A stretch of 46,714 nt of DNA from a bacterium (lineage in GTDB: Bacteria; Acidobacteriota; Blastocatellia; HR10): positions 1-46,714 of the forward strand of contig JBEPZV010000004.1 in NCBI GenBank assembly GCA_041640655.1. Direction: 5' to 3'. Positions within the stretch are counted from its first letter, which is position 1. Each line of letters begins with the position of its first letter. The position numbers and the translations under genes are program-made. The notes beneath the pieces are model-generated. The model was given only the letters and a program-made list of their open reading frames with translations, was not told the origin of the DNA and searched no databases. Shown here in pieces: positions 1-9,943 of the stretch.

Positions 1-2
1 AT

Positions 3-875
3 GGCAGCGGCACGGCCGCCGTGTTGGAACTGGCTCGCGTGCTCAGTCAGTACGAATTCGAGAAGACGCTCGTCTTCATCGCCTTCGCGGGCGAGGAGCA
101 GGGCTTGGTCGGGAGCACGCTCTACGCGCAGCGAGCGCGGCAGGAGGGGCAGATCATCGAGGCCGTGCTCAACAACGACATCATTGGCACCGATGTCGCG
201 GGCGATGGGGCATCGGCCAATCGCGTCGTGTGGGTCTTCTCGGAGGATCCGGCGGATTCGCCCTCGCGGCAATTGGCGCGCTATGTCAAGCGCGTGGGCG
301 AACTGTATGTCCCCGCCATGCGCGTGGAGCTGATCTTCCGGCAGGATCGGTTCGGACGCGGCGGGGACCACATCCCCTTCAATCACGAGGGGTATGCTGC
401 TGTGCGGTTGACGACGCCGAATGAGAACTTCGCCCATCAGCATTCGGCCACCGATACATTCGCCAACGCTTCGCCGGCCTACACGACGCTCGTGACGCGA
501 ATCAATGCGGCTGTGGCCGCCAGTCTCGCGCTCGCGCCAAAGCCTCCTGTGGTGACGACCGAGCGCGGGATGCCGCTGCTGGGGTGCGGACGCTCGGGCT
601 ACGCTGCGCATCTGCGCTGGCGCCATGAGAATCCGGAGCCGGACCTGGCTGGATACGTCGTTGTCATGCGGGCGACGACGGCGCCGGATTGGGAGCGGGA
701 GATCTTCGTGGGGCCGGTGAACGAATATGTGCTCGAAGGGGTGTCCATTGATGCGGTGACTTTCGGCGTGAAGGCGGTGGATCGAGAGGGCAACGAGAGC
801 CTCGTCGCCGCCTACGTGAATCCTCCGCGTCCGCGCGCGACGTTTCAGACCGACGAGCCGCGCGCGCGGCCATGA
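3..875 (+). CDS. M28 family Zn-aminopeptidase with C-terminal FN3-like segment (5' truncated by window)
   Basis: Frame is open from the window edge: GSGTAAVLELAR, FAGEEQGLVGS, NNDIIG, GGDHIPF and HQHSATD match M28 metal-binding motifs. The C-terminal DLAGYVV...FGVKAVDREGNES is FN3-like. Confidence 0.85.
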   Translation, partial: GSGTAAVLELARVLSQYEFEKTLVFIAFAGEEQGLVGSTLYAQRARQEGQIIEAVLNNDIIGTDVAGDGASANRVVWVFSEDPADSPSRQLARYVKRVGELYVPAMRVELIFRQDRFGRGGDHIPFNHEGYAAVRLTTPNENFAHQHSATDTFANASPAYTTLVTRINAAVAASLALAPKPPVVTTERGMPLLGCGRSGYAAHLRWRHENPEPDLAGYVVVMRATTAPDWEREIFVGPVNEYVLEGVSIDAVTFGVKAVDREGNESLVAAYVNPPRPRATFQTDEPRARP

Positions 876-885
876 GGGGGGATGG

Positions 886-914
886 TTGACGTCGCGAGCG
901 CGACCCTCTAAAAT
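886..914 (+). promoter_or_regulatory. sigma70-type promoter for the dsbA-like gene (near-leaderless)
   Basis: TTGACG (886-891), 17-nt spacer, TAAAAT (909-914). The ATG at 923 is only 8 nt downstream. Confidence 0.7.
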
Positions 915-922
915 AGCCGGCG

Positions 923-1702
923 ATGAACCGGAGAAAGCCAACAGCGACACGCGATCAGGTCCTCGCACCGGTGATCTTGATCCTCATCGGGTTGGTGATC
1001 GTCGGGGGAATCGGATATTGGGGACGGTCCGCTCGACACTCGGTGACGAAGGCGACGCGTTCGGCCCCGCCGTCCGCGCCAGTGGCTGAGCCCTCACCCG
1101 CCCCACGTTCGGTGGCCGAGACCCCGTCTTCGGAGATCCTGCTGGAGATCGCGGATGCGCCATCCCGAGGGGCGAAGGAGGCTCGGGTGGTGATCGTAGA
1201 GTTCTCAGACTATCAGTGTCCGTTCTGCGCGCGCCATGTTCGCCAGACGGTGCCCGAGATCGAGCGGGAGTATGTGCGCACGGGGAAGGTGCGGTACGTC
1301 TTTCGGGATTTCCCGCTGGAGGCGATCCATCCGCAGGCGTTTCGGGCGGCGGAGGCGGCGCGGTGCGCCGGGGAGCAGGGGAAGTTCTGGGAGATGCATG
1401 ATCGCCTCTTCGCGCATCAGAATGCGCTCGGGCCAGAGGACCTCATCGCGCATGCGGAGGCCGTCGGCCTCACTGTAGCGCGGTTCCGGCGGTGTCTGGA
1501 GAGTGGGCGATTCGCGGAGCGGATTCGGCGCGATCTCTCGGAGGGGCGGCGCGCCGGCGTGCGCGGCACGCCGTCGTTCTTCCTCGGTTTCGCCGAGCCC
1601 GGGGGGAAGGTCCGCGTGATGCGCATCCTGCGCGGCGCTCATCCCTATGGCGCGTTTCGGCAGGTGATCGAGGAGTTGTTGCACACCGGAGGGTCGCCAT
1701 GA
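923..1702 (+). CDS. DsbA/BdbD-family thiol-disulfide oxidoreductase, membrane anchored
   Basis: N-terminal TM helix, Pro-rich linker, EFSDYQCPFC active site, RDFPL, and GVRGTPSFF cis-Pro loop. Confidence 0.9.
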   Translation: MNRRKPTATRDQVLAPVILILIGLVIVGGIGYWGRSARHSVTKATRSAPPSAPVAEPSPAPRSVAETPSSEILLEIADAPSRGAKEARVVIVEFSDYQCPFCARHVRQTVPEIEREYVRTGKVRYVFRDFPLEAIHPQAFRAAEAARCAGEQGKFWEMHDRLFAHQNALGPEDLIAHAEAVGLTVARFRRCLESGRFAERIRRDLSEGRRAGVRGTPSFFLGFAEPGGKVRVMRILRGAHPYGAFRQVIEELLHTGGSP

Positions 1703-1971
1703 GGTCGTCCGATGACGAGTGGCGCCGTCGGCAGGCGGCGCTCACCCGGCGCGCCCACCTCTTCGGCGCGCTCGCCGTCATCGCTCTGGTGATCAGCGCG
1801 ACGAATCTGCTGGCGCTCATTCATGCGTTCTGGCAGCCGATGGGCGTCTTCAACATGCCCCTCTACCTGCTCTTCGCCGTGACCGCCCTGTGGGCGGCGG
1901 TGAATTTCCTGCGCACGCGGCGTCGTGCGCTGGCGTATCGGGACCATCCCGAACGATTCTTCGAGGAATGA
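1699..1971 (+). CDS. Small hypothetical membrane protein (90 aa, 2 TM helices)
   Basis: ATG at 1699 overlaps the upstream TGA (ATGA coupling). Two hydrophobic helices; it fills the gap before trmFO. Confidence 0.7.
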   Translation: MRSSDDEWRRRQAALTRRAHLFGALAVIALVISATNLLALIHAFWQPMGVFNMPLYLLFAVTALWAAVNFLRTRRRALAYRDHPERFFEE

Positions 1972-2008
1972 TTCGGCGCGCTGGTCCGAGCGCGCGTCGA
2001 ACCGCCGA

Positions 2009-2038
2009 TTGTCGGCGGCGCGCAGCTGATGCTACACT
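2009..2038 (+). promoter_or_regulatory. sigma70-type promoter with extended -10 for trmFO (near-leaderless)
   Basis: TTGTCG (2009-2014), 18-nt spacer, TG-C-TACACT (2030-2038). The ATG at 2048 has no Shine-Dalgarno. Confidence 0.55.
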
Positions 2039-2047
2039 CATAGAGCG

Positions 2048-3421
2048 ATGTTCGATCCACGATCTCCAGTGATCATCATCGGTGGGGGATTGGCCGGAAG
2101 CGAAGCGGCCTGGCAATTGGCCGAGCGGGGTATTCCCGTTCGCTTGTACGAGATGCGCCCGCGGCGGATGACGCCCGCGCATCGGACGGATCGGCTCGGG
2201 GAGCTGGTGTGCAGCAATTCCTTGAAATCGGACGAGCCCGGGACCGCCCCCTATCTCCTGAAGGAAGAGCTGCGACGCGCGGGATCGCTGCTGATCCGCA
2301 TTGCGATGACGTGTCGCGTCCCGAGTGGGACGGCGCTCGCCGTGGACCGAGAGGTGTTCGCCGAGCGGATCACGCGCGCCGTTGTGGCTCATCCCCGGAT
2401 CACGCTCATTCGGGAAGAGATCGAGCGCATCCCTTCGGAGGGGATCGTCATCATCGCCACAGGGCCGCTCACCTCAGACGCTCTCTCGGAGGAGATTCGG
2501 CGGCTGACCGGTCGGGAGCATCTCTACTTCTACGATGCCATCAGTCCCATTGTGGACGCTGAGACGATCAATTACGATGTGGTCTTCCGCGCATCCCGTT
2601 ATGGGAAGGGCGGGGATGACTATTTGAACTGCCCGCTGACCCGTGAGGAGTACGAGCGGTTCTATGAGGCCTTGATGCAGGCCGAGCGGGTGGCGCTTCA
2701 CGACTTCGATCGCGCGTGCTATTTCGAGGGATGCCTCCCGATCGAGGAGCTGGCGCGGCGCGGGCGCGAGACCTTACTTTACGGGCCGATGAAGCCGGTA
2801 GGGCTTGTGGATCCGCGCACCGGGCGCCAGCCCTATGCCGTCGTCCAATTGCGTCCGGAGAATGTGCTGGCTGACAGCTACAATCTGGTCGGCTTTCAGA
2901 CGCAGCTCAAGTGGGGGGAGCAGAAGCGCGTCTTCCGGCTCATCCCGGGGCTGGAGCGCGCTGAGTTCATCCGCTACGGCATGGTGCATCGCAACACGTA
3001 CATCAATAGCCCGGCGTGTTTGACCGAGACGCTGCAGTTGCGCGCTGATCCCCGCATCTTCTTCGCCGGGCAGATCTGTGGCGTGGAAGGATACGTGGAG
3101 TGCATCGCGACCGGGTTGATGGTCGCGCTCTTTGTGGAGGATCTTCTGGCGGGGCGCGAGCCCGTCCCGCCGCCGCGCACGACGGCGTTCGGCAGTCTCC
3201 TGCACTACGTCGCGCACAGCGATCCGAAGAACTTCCAACCGGGGAACATCACCTTCGCCTTGTTGCCACCGTTGGATGAGGAGGGTGCGCGAAAGCTCCC
3301 TAAGGCGGAGCGCCATCGGCGGCAGATCGAGCGGGCGCTGCGAGATTTCGAATCTTGGATCGCGCCGCGACGCGTGAGGGCGGGATCAGTCGCAGGGCTT
3401 CCGGTTTCCGAAGCGACATGA
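2048..3421 (+). CDS. trmFO: Methylenetetrahydrofolate--tRNA-(uracil-5-)-methyltransferase TrmFO (Gid)
   Basis: IIGGGLAGSEAAWQLA FAD motif, ELVCSNSL, YFYDAISPIV, YFEGCLPIEELA, GPMKPVGL, HRNTYINSP, AGQICGVEGY. Confidence 0.97.
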   Translation: MFDPRSPVIIIGGGLAGSEAAWQLAERGIPVRLYEMRPRRMTPAHRTDRLGELVCSNSLKSDEPGTAPYLLKEELRRAGSLLIRIAMTCRVPSGTALAVDREVFAERITRAVVAHPRITLIREEIERIPSEGIVIIATGPLTSDALSEEIRRLTGREHLYFYDAISPIVDAETINYDVVFRASRYGKGGDDYLNCPLTREEYERFYEALMQAERVALHDFDRACYFEGCLPIEELARRGRETLLYGPMKPVGLVDPRTGRQPYAVVQLRPENVLADSYNLVGFQTQLKWGEQKRVFRLIPGLERAEFIRYGMVHRNTYINSPACLTETLQLRADPRIFFAGQICGVEGYVECIATGLMVALFVEDLLAGREPVPPPRTTAFGSLLHYVAHSDPKNFQPGNITFALLPPLDEEGARKLPKAERHRRQIERALRDFESWIAPRRVRAGSVAGLPVSEAT

Positions 3422-4437
3422 GGCGCGGAGGTCGTTCCATCGGCGTCGTGGGTGTGCTTGTGGTGATCGGGGGGCTCCTCAGTCTGGGGATCGCGCACGC
3501 GCGTGAGGAGACGCAGGCGCGACGCGTCCGGCCGGGACATCGGCCCGCGCCGCCGGATTCGGAGAGGCCGCCGCTCCCCCCCCGACAAGAGCCTCCTCCG
3601 GTCTCCTCTTCGGAGGTCATCTCGCTGCATTCAGATCTGGTGCTCGTCACGGTGAACGTTCTGGGGCCACGCGGCGAATGGCTCACCGGGCTGGGGCCGG
3701 AGGACTTCGAGATCCTGGAAGATGGTGTCCCGCAGCGGATCGCCTTCTTCAGCGGTGAGGCGGGACTCCCGCTTCGACTCGTCGTCCTGGTGGATACGAG
3801 CCTGAGCGTCAAGAGTCGGCTCGAGTTCGAGAAGCAAGCCATCGTCCGCTTCTTCCGCTCCGTCATGCGGCCGCGTGATCTGGCCGCGCTCATCTCCATC
3901 AGCACGGAAGCTGTCCTGCGGCAGGGCTTCACTGAGGATGTCGCTCAACTGGTCGCCGCCGTCCGCGGGCTCAAGGCGGAAGGGGCGACGGCCCTCTATG
4001 ATGCGGTGGTGATGGCGGCTGAATGCTTGGCCTCGGTCGAGGGGCGGCGCGCCATTGTGCTGCTCTCCGATGGGCGGGATACGGTCAGTCGCGCGACCCT
4101 CGGTCAGGCCCTGCGGCGCGTGCACGAGGTGGGGGCGACCGTCTACGCGATCAACGTGGAGGAGCCGATCTCGGCGAACGTTCGGGAGTTGATCGGCGAG
4201 ACAGCTCTGGAGCTGCTGGCGCGTCAGACGGGGGGTGAAGTCTTCTCCCCCGCGCAACTTGAGGAGCTGGATCCGATCTTCGCGCGGGTGACCGAGCAGC
4301 TGCGGACGCAGTACGTCCTCGGATTTTACAGCACGAACGAGGCGCGGGATGGCGCCTTCCGCCGATTGACCGTGCGCGTCAAGCGCGAGGGGGTGATCGC
4401 CCGCGCGCGCGAGGGGTATTACGCGCCGCGGAGATAG
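3418..4437 (+). CDS. Secreted VWA-domain protein (Acidobacterial VWFA-related type)
   Basis: ATG at 3418 is coupled to the trmFO stop. Signal peptide, [37 protein letters not shown], and QYVLGFY...AREGYYA ending. Confidence 0.85.
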   Translation: MRRGGRSIGVVGVLVVIGGLLSLGIAHAREETQARRVRPGHRPAPPDSERPPLPPRQEPPPVSSSEVISLHSDLVLVTVNVLGPRGEWLTGLGPEDFEILEDGVPQRIAFFSGEAGLPLRLVVLVDTSLSVKSRLEFEKQAIVRFFRSVMRPRDLAALISISTEAVLRQGFTEDVAQLVAAVRGLKAEGATALYDAVVMAAECLASVEGRRAIVLLSDGRDTVSRATLGQALRRVHEVGATVYAINVEEPISANVRELIGETALELLARQTGGEVFSPAQLEELDPIFARVTEQLRTQYVLGFYSTNEARDGAFRRLTVRVKREGVIARAREGYYAPRR

Positions 4438-4454
4438 GCGCCGGAGGAGCAGTC

Positions 4455-5375
4455 ATGCAGGAGTATATTGACGCGTTCCTGGACCACCTCAAGTACGAGC
4501 GAAACGTCTCTGAGCACACGTTGCGCAACTACCGCATTGACTTGCTGCAGTTCTATGACTATCTGGCGCCGGCCGACGCGACGGGGAATCGCCGTTCGGT
4601 GGACATTCGCCAGATTGATCACATCACCATTCGAGAATTCCTCGCGTCGCTCTACGCGAAGCGGAAGAAGAAGACCTCAATCGCGCGCAAGCTGGCGACC
4701 CTGCGCAGCTTCTTCAAGTACCTCTGTCGCGAGCAGGTCTTGGAGATGAATCCGGCGAGTCTGGTGGCGACCCCTCGGCTGGAGCGGAAGCTGCCGAAGT
4801 TCCTCTCGGTCGAGGAGGTCTTCCGGTTCCTGGAGCTTCCCGATACGGAGACGGTACTGGGCAAGCGCGATCGCGCCGTGCTGGAGCTGCTCTACGCGAC
4901 GGGCATGCGCGTGAGCGAGCTGGTCAATTTGAATCTCGATGATGTGGATTTCAAGAATCGCTCGATTCGCGTTCGGGGCAAGGGGCGGAAGGAGCGCATT
5001 GTGCCGTTCGGGCGAAAGGCTCTGGAGGCGCTGGAGGCCTATCTGGGGGTTCGGGGGCAGCTCTTGCTTCAAGCGCCGGAGCAGGAGCGCGATCCGCGCG
5101 CGCTCTTCTTGAACTATCAGGGGACGCGCCTGACGACGCGGAGCGTCGGGCGGATCATCGCGCGATATGCGAAGATGTGCGCGGACATCCCACCGAAGAT
5201 CAGCCCGCACAGTTTGCGCCACTCCTGCGCCACGCATCTGTTGAATGCGGGCGCCGATCTGCGGGCCATTCAGGAGTTGCTCGGGCATGCCCGATTGACG
5301 ACGACGCAGATCTACACGCACGTCTCCATGGAGAAGCTGATCGAGGTCTACGATCGAGCCCATCCGAAGGCGTGA
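4455..5375 (+). CDS. xerC: Tyrosine recombinase XerC
   Basis: All catalytic residues present: ATGMRVSEL (R), GKGRKER (K), HSLRHS (HxxR), LGHA (H), TQIY (Y). 306 aa, GGAGG SD, typical trmFO neighbourhood. Confidence 0.88.
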   Translation: MQEYIDAFLDHLKYERNVSEHTLRNYRIDLLQFYDYLAPADATGNRRSVDIRQIDHITIREFLASLYAKRKKKTSIARKLATLRSFFKYLCREQVLEMNPASLVATPRLERKLPKFLSVEEVFRFLELPDTETVLGKRDRAVLELLYATGMRVSELVNLNLDDVDFKNRSIRVRGKGRKERIVPFGRKALEALEAYLGVRGQLLLQAPEQERDPRALFLNYQGTRLTTRSVGRIIARYAKMCADIPPKISPHSLRHSCATHLLNAGADLRAIQELLGHARLTTTQIYTHVSMEKLIEVYDRAHPKA

Positions 5376-5381
5376 GGGACC

Positions 5382-6233
5382 ATGGCGATTGTGATTCGAG
5401 ATGTGGAGGGTATGGCCGAACTGCAGGCGGTGGAACAGTTGCAGCGGGACGTGTGGGGCTTCGCGGACCTGGACATCGTGCCGAGCACTCATCTGCGCGC
5501 GGCGCAAGAGGTGGGCGGCATCCTCATCGGAGCCTTCGAGGGCGAGCGCATGATCGGGTTCGTCTATGGATTCATCGGCGTAGAGCAGGGGCAGCTCACG
5601 GTGCACTCGCACATGCTGGCCGTGCGGCCGGAGTATCAGGGGCACAACGTCGGCTTCCTCCTCAAGCGGGCGCAGCGGGAGCGCGCGCTCGAGCGCGGGA
5701 TTCGGCGGATCACGTGGACGTTCGATCCGCTCCAGGCGCGCAATGCCCATTTCAATTTCGCCAAGCTCGGCGTCTACGCCGATCGGTATGAGGTGGATTT
5801 CTACGGAGAGGCCAGCTCCAGCTTCCTCCATCAGGGATTGGGGACGGATCGGCTCTGGGTCACCTGGCCGATCGCGAGCGCGCGCGTGGTCGAGCGGTTG
5901 GAGCGCGTGGAGCGCGGCGCGCGCGCGCAGCCGCCCGAGCTGTGGCGGCAGTGGCCGATCGCGAACCCGGCTGCCGCGACTTCGGAAGCGCCCGTTGAGC
6001 GGGAGCTGGAGGCTGTGCTCGGAGGGGATCCGGTCCTGGTGGAGATCCCGCTGGACATCACTGCCTTGAAACACCGCGATCTGGAGGCGGCGCGCCGCTG
6101 GCGCCAGAGCGTGCAGCGCGCGTTTCTCCGAGCGTTCGCAGCCGGATATATCGCCGAGGAGTTCTTCCGCGTCGAGGAAGAGGGGCGGGGATTTTATCTC
6201 CTCACGCGCACCGATCCCTCCATATGGCTATGA
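5382..6233 (+). CDS. GNAT-family acyltransferase (COG3375-like)
   Basis: HSHMLAVRPEYQGHNVGFLLKRAQR, WTFDPLQARNAHFNFAKLG and TDRLWVTW are typical of this GNAT subfamily. Confidence 0.85.
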   Translation: MAIVIRDVEGMAELQAVEQLQRDVWGFADLDIVPSTHLRAAQEVGGILIGAFEGERMIGFVYGFIGVEQGQLTVHSHMLAVRPEYQGHNVGFLLKRAQRERALERGIRRITWTFDPLQARNAHFNFAKLGVYADRYEVDFYGEASSSFLHQGLGTDRLWVTWPIASARVVERLERVERGARAQPPELWRQWPIANPAAATSEAPVERELEAVLGGDPVLVEIPLDITALKHRDLEAARRWRQSVQRAFLRAFAAGYIAEEFFRVEEEGRGFYLLTRTDPSIWL

Positions 6234-7109
6234 GGGCTCCACGTGGATCACCACGTGGCAGGGGCCGAGATCCTCGCGAAGCTTCTCCTCGATCTGCTCC
6301 GTGATGGCGTGAGCGGTGCGCACGTCCCCTGGCGTGAGCACGAGCGTCAGCTCCAGGAAGATGCGCTCGCCATCGCTACGCGATCGCACCTGGCGGACCT
6401 GTTCGACGCCGGGCACCGTGCGCACGATCGCCTCGATGCGCTCGGCCGAGACGGGAGCCGCGTCAATGAGGATGGGCACGGTGCGCGCGAAGATCTGCCA
6501 TCCGCTGACCGCGATCGCGGCTGAGATCACAAGAGCCAGGAGCGGGTCCAGGATCGGGAGCTTCCACCGGATGAAGAGGAGGCCGATGAGGAGCGATCCG
6601 CTCACCAGGATGTCGCTTCGCGTGTGCAGGGAATCAGCCAGGAGGAACGGGCTCCCCAGCTCGCGCCCCTTTCCCCGCTCGTAGGCGAAGACGAAGAGGT
6701 TGATGAGGATGGTCCCGATCAGAACGGCAAGGGTTGACCATTCGATGCGGACGCGGATCAGCGAGGGATCGTGCAGGCGGTGGATCGCGCGGCTCACGAT
6801 CTCGATGCACGTGGCCAGGAGCACGCCTCCGAGGACGAACGCGGCCAATGATTCGATCTTCCGATGCCCATAGGGATGGCCGGCGTCGGGAGCGGCTGTG
6901 GCGTAGCGGATGACGATCAAACCAATGATGTTGTTCATCGCGTCAACGGAGGAATGCGCGGCATCGCTCATCAGGCTGAGCGAGCGCGCGCGCCAACCGA
7001 TGAGGAGCTTGCCCACGACGACCACGAGGTTCAGGACGAGGACGCGGCGGAGGACGCGCTGAACCGCTGCGCGATATGCCCCTTGAGGGAGCCGGAGGCT
7101 CTCCGGCAC
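6228..7109 (-). CDS. Cation diffusion facilitator (FieF-like) metal efflux transporter
   Basis: SDAAHSSVD, HPYGHRKIESLA, ADSLHTRSD and C-terminal VIHVEP. GTG at 7109 with a GGAG SD is preferred over the ORF start at 7220 because a promoter lies at 7157-7186. Confidence 0.9.
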   Translation of the reverse strand: MPESLRLPQGAYRAAVQRVLRRVLVLNLVVVVGKLLIGWRARSLSLMSDAAHSSVDAMNNIIGLIVIRYATAAPDAGHPYGHRKIESLAAFVLGGVLLATCIEIVSRAIHRLHDPSLIRVRIEWSTLAVLIGTILINLFVFAYERGKGRELGSPFLLADSLHTRSDILVSGSLLIGLLFIRWKLPILDPLLALVISAAIAVSGWQIFARTVPILIDAAPVSAERIEAIVRTVPGVEQVRQVRSRSDGERIFLELTLVLTPGDVRTAHAITEQIEEKLREDLGPCHVVIHVEPS

Positions 7110-7156
7110 ATCCCCTCTCCATCGCTCCGTTCGCTCTTCGATCCTCACCGCGCCCA

Positions 7157-7186
7157 AGTATAGGCGATCGAATCGAGGGGGCTCAA
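7157..7186 (-). promoter_or_regulatory. sigma70-type promoter for the CDF gene
   Basis: Minus strand TTGAGC (7186-7181), 18-nt spacer, TATACT (7162-7157). Confidence 0.6.
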
Positions 7187-7240
7187 ATCGAGGAGCCGTC
7201 GTCGAGCCCGTCCCCATCACAGCGTCCGAGGGCTCTCGGC

Positions 7241-7270
7241 TTGACGAGGCCAGAGGCGAGATGGCACTAT
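7241..7270 (+). promoter_or_regulatory. sigma70-type promoter for the birA operon
   Basis: TTGACG (7241-7246), 18-nt spacer, TG-G-CACTAT (-10 at 7265-7270). Confidence 0.5.
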
Positions 7271-7287
7271 TGTGAGGCGCTGAGGGT

Positions 7288-8037
7288 ATGTTGCGAGAGA
7301 TCGTCTATTGGTACGATTCCGTCACCTCCACCAATGACGTGGCGCGCGAATTGGCCGAGGCGGGGGCCGAAGAAGGGACGACGGTTGTAGCGGCCGAGCA
7401 GACGGCAGGACGAGGGCGATACGCGCGGCGTTGGCATTCCCCGAGGGGGGAGGGGTTGTATCATTCGATCATCTTGCGTCCGACGATCCCTCCGGCGCGC
7501 GCGCCGCTGCTCGGCGCGGTCGCCGCCGTCGCGCTCGCCGAGACGCTGCGGGAGGAGTACGGCGTCGCTGCCGACATCAAATGGCCCAACGATGTGATGA
7601 TCGGCGGGCGAAAGGTCGCCGGCATCCTCATGGAGTTGGAGGCTGACGAGGAGCGGGTGCGCTACATCATTCTCGGCGTCGGGGTCAATATCAATCAGGT
7701 GAGCTTTCCGGAAGAGATCGCCGATGCAGCCACGTCGGTGCGTCGGGAGACCGGGATGATCTATGATCCGGAGGGCTTTCGACGCCGCTTCTTCGCGCGA
7801 TTGCAGCGGTGGTATGAGGTATGGAGGACGATGGGAGAGGCGCGCGTCCTCGAGCGCTACATGGCGCTCTCCAGCTACGTGCGCGGCCAATGGGTGAATG
7901 TGCTCTGCGGCGACCGTCGCGTGCGGGGGCGAACCTGTGGGCTCACTCCCGCGGGAGCGTTGCTTGTGGAGATCGAAGGCGGGGGCATCGAGGCGATCCT
8001 CGCTGGAGACGTGACGAAGCTGGAGGTCGTCAGGTGA
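7288..8037 (+). CDS. birA: Biotin--[acetyl-CoA-carboxylase] ligase (no N-terminal HTH)
   Basis: STND, AEQTAGRGR, IKWPNDV, KVAGILME, GVGVNIN motifs. Confidence 0.93.
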   Translation: MLREIVYWYDSVTSTNDVARELAEAGAEEGTTVVAAEQTAGRGRYARRWHSPRGEGLYHSIILRPTIPPARAPLLGAVAAVALAETLREEYGVAADIKWPNDVMIGGRKVAGILMELEADEERVRYIILGVGVNINQVSFPEEIADAATSVRRETGMIYDPEGFRRRFFARLQRWYEVWRTMGEARVLERYMALSSYVRGQWVNVLCGDRRVRGRTCGLTPAGALLVEIEGGGIEAILAGDVTKLEVVR

Positions 8038-9188
8038 TGAGGCGGGCGAGGGGGACATCGCCGATGGGGTGGTGCGCCTGCGTCCTCACCTTCGTGATCC
8101 TCGGTGCGTTCCCCCCATCCCCCGGATGTGTGAAGCCGGAGAGCACGTCGCCTGAGGATGTGCGTGTGGACGTCGTGGCGCGCGGTCTGCAGATCCCCTG
8201 GGCCATAGAGTTCGCGCCCGATGGACGCATCTTCCTGACGGAACGACCTGGGCGCATTCGGGTGATCCGCGATGGGGAGCTGCAATCGGAGCCGTGGGCG
8301 CAAATCCCCGTTGCTCATGAGGGAGAGGGCGGGTTGCTCGGTCTCGCCCTTGACCCGAATTTCGCGGAGAATGGCTTCGTCTACGTGTACTACACGTATC
8401 GAGAGGGGACGCGCCTGTGGAATCGCGTCGCGCGGCTCACGGATCGCGAAGGGCGAGGGGAAGACCTCGTCGTCATCCTCGATCGCATTCCTGGGAGCAC
8501 GATCCATAATGGTGGGCGCATCCGGTTCGGCCCGGATGGGAAGCTCTACGTCACTACCGGGGATGCGAACGTTCCGGCCTCGGCGCAAGACCTCGCGTCG
8601 CTGGCGGGAAAGATCCTGCGCCTCAATCCCGATGGTTCGATCCCGACGGATAATCCCTTCCCCAATTCTCCTGTGTGGAGCTATGGGCATCGGAATCCGC
8701 AGGGCTTGGCATGGCATCCCGTCACCGGCGCGCTCTTCAGCACGGAGCATGGGCCTTCGGGATTGCCGCCCAATTGCTGCCATGATGAGGTGAATGTGAT
8801 CGAGCCCGGGCAGAATTATGGGTGGCCGTCGGTCTTCGGGATTCGTGGCGATCCCCGATTCGTGGATCCGATCCTTGAGTCGGGGTTGGATACGTGGGCG
8901 CCCTCGGGAGCGGCGTTCTACAGCGGGGATCGGTTGCCGGAGTCCTGGCGCGGACGATTCTTCTTCGCCGCCTTGCGCGGACAGCACCTCGGGCGGGTGA
9001 CCGTGCATTCGTCGGATCTTCGCAGCGTGGAGCGATTCGAGAAATTGTTCGTCGGAGAGTTCGGGCGATTACGCGATGTCGTGCAGGGACCCGACGGGTT
9101 CCTGTACGTGACGACGAGTAATCGCGATGGGCGCGGCATCCCGAGATCGGGCGATGATCGGCTGCTGCGCATCGTTCCCGTTCGGTGA
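8034..9188 (+). CDS. PQQ-dependent soluble aldose sugar dehydrogenase (GSDH/YliI family), exported
   Basis: GTG 8034 or ATG 8037 coupled to the birA stop. PWAIEFAPDG, GEGGLLGLA, HNGGRIRFGPDGKLY, SYGHRNPQGLAW, GRLRDV. Confidence 0.9.
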   Translation: MMRRARGTSPMGWCACVLTFVILGAFPPSPGCVKPESTSPEDVRVDVVARGLQIPWAIEFAPDGRIFLTERPGRIRVIRDGELQSEPWAQIPVAHEGEGGLLGLALDPNFAENGFVYVYYTYREGTRLWNRVARLTDREGRGEDLVVILDRIPGSTIHNGGRIRFGPDGKLYVTTGDANVPASAQDLASLAGKILRLNPDGSIPTDNPFPNSPVWSYGHRNPQGLAWHPVTGALFSTEHGPSGLPPNCCHDEVNVIEPGQNYGWPSVFGIRGDPRFVDPILESGLDTWAPSGAAFYSGDRLPESWRGRFFFAALRGQHLGRVTVHSSDLRSVERFEKLFVGEFGRLRDVVQGPDGFLYVTTSNRDGRGIPRSGDDRLLRIVPVR

Positions 9189-9232
9189 GTGAGGGAGGAG
9201 CATCCCGATTTTGACGGTCGGGGGAGCAGAAG

Positions 9233-9943
9233 ATGGCGAGACCGGATTTCGTCTTCCTCGATGCGGGGGGGACGCTGATTTGTACACCACATCTGGAGGA
9301 GATCATCGCTCGCGCGTGCGCGCAGCAGGGGGTGTGGATCCAGAGGGATGCGCTCCGCGAGGCGATCGCGCGCGCGCTCGAGCGGATGCATCCGCCGCGT
9401 CCGACTTCGCTCGATCTGCGCGCATATCGGCAGTGGTGGTGGCGCTTCGTGCATCTGGCGTTGGAGGAGGTGGGGGGTCACGGATGTGCGGAGCGCGTCG
9501 CTCAGCACCTCTGGGAGGAGTACCGCTCGGGGCGCTGGCTGCGGCTCTTCCCGGATACGATGGAGGCGCTCGAGCGATTTCGCGCCGCCGGATGTCGGTT
9601 GGGCGTCCTCTCGAATTGGGATGATACACTGGAGCTGTTCCTCACGCAGCTCGGCATTCGAGGCTACTTCGAGTGCGTGGTCTCCTCTTACCAGGTGGGG
9701 GTCGAGAAACCCGATCCGGAGATCTTCGCTTATGCGCTGCGCCTGGTGGGCGTCGAAGCGGCTCGCGCCTGGCATGTGGGGGACGATGTCGTCTTCGACT
9801 ATCTTGGAGCGTTGGCCGCGGGCGTGCGGCCGGTGCTCGTGGATTATGCCGGGAAGCTCGCCGACTCGGCTGTGGGCGTTGAGTGCCCCATCGTGCGCAC
9901 GCTCAGTGACGCTGCGCGCGTGATTCTCGCTCATGGAGAGTGA
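9233..9943 (+). CDS. HAD-superfamily hydrolase (subfamily IA)
   Basis: FLDAGGTL motif I, LSNWD motif II, EKPDPEIF motif III, HVGDDVVFD motif IV. Confidence 0.9.
   Translation: MARPDFVFLDAGGTLICTPHLEEIIARACAQQGVWIQRDALREAIARALERMHPPRPTSLDLRAYRQWWWRFVHLALEEVGGHGCAERVAQHLWEEYRSGRWLRLFPDTMEALERFRAAGCRLGVLSNWDDTLELFLTQLGIRGYFECVVSSYQVGVEKPDPEIFAYALRLVGVEAARAWHVGDDVVFDYLGALAAGVRPVLVDYAGKLADSAVGVECPIVRTLSDAARVILAHGE

Noticed and set aside
4455..5375. Tyrosine recombinase as the integrase of a mobile element
   Set aside because: Length, motifs and trmFO linkage fit housekeeping XerC. No att repeats, dif-like site or cargo genes are seen.
7110..7220. Longer N-termini from the ORF track (CDF 7220, GSDH 7821, VWA 3355, ybaB 30362, 38751)
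   Set aside because: Downstream starts have SD sequences or stop-start coupling, and the extensions overlap promoters or neighbouring genes.
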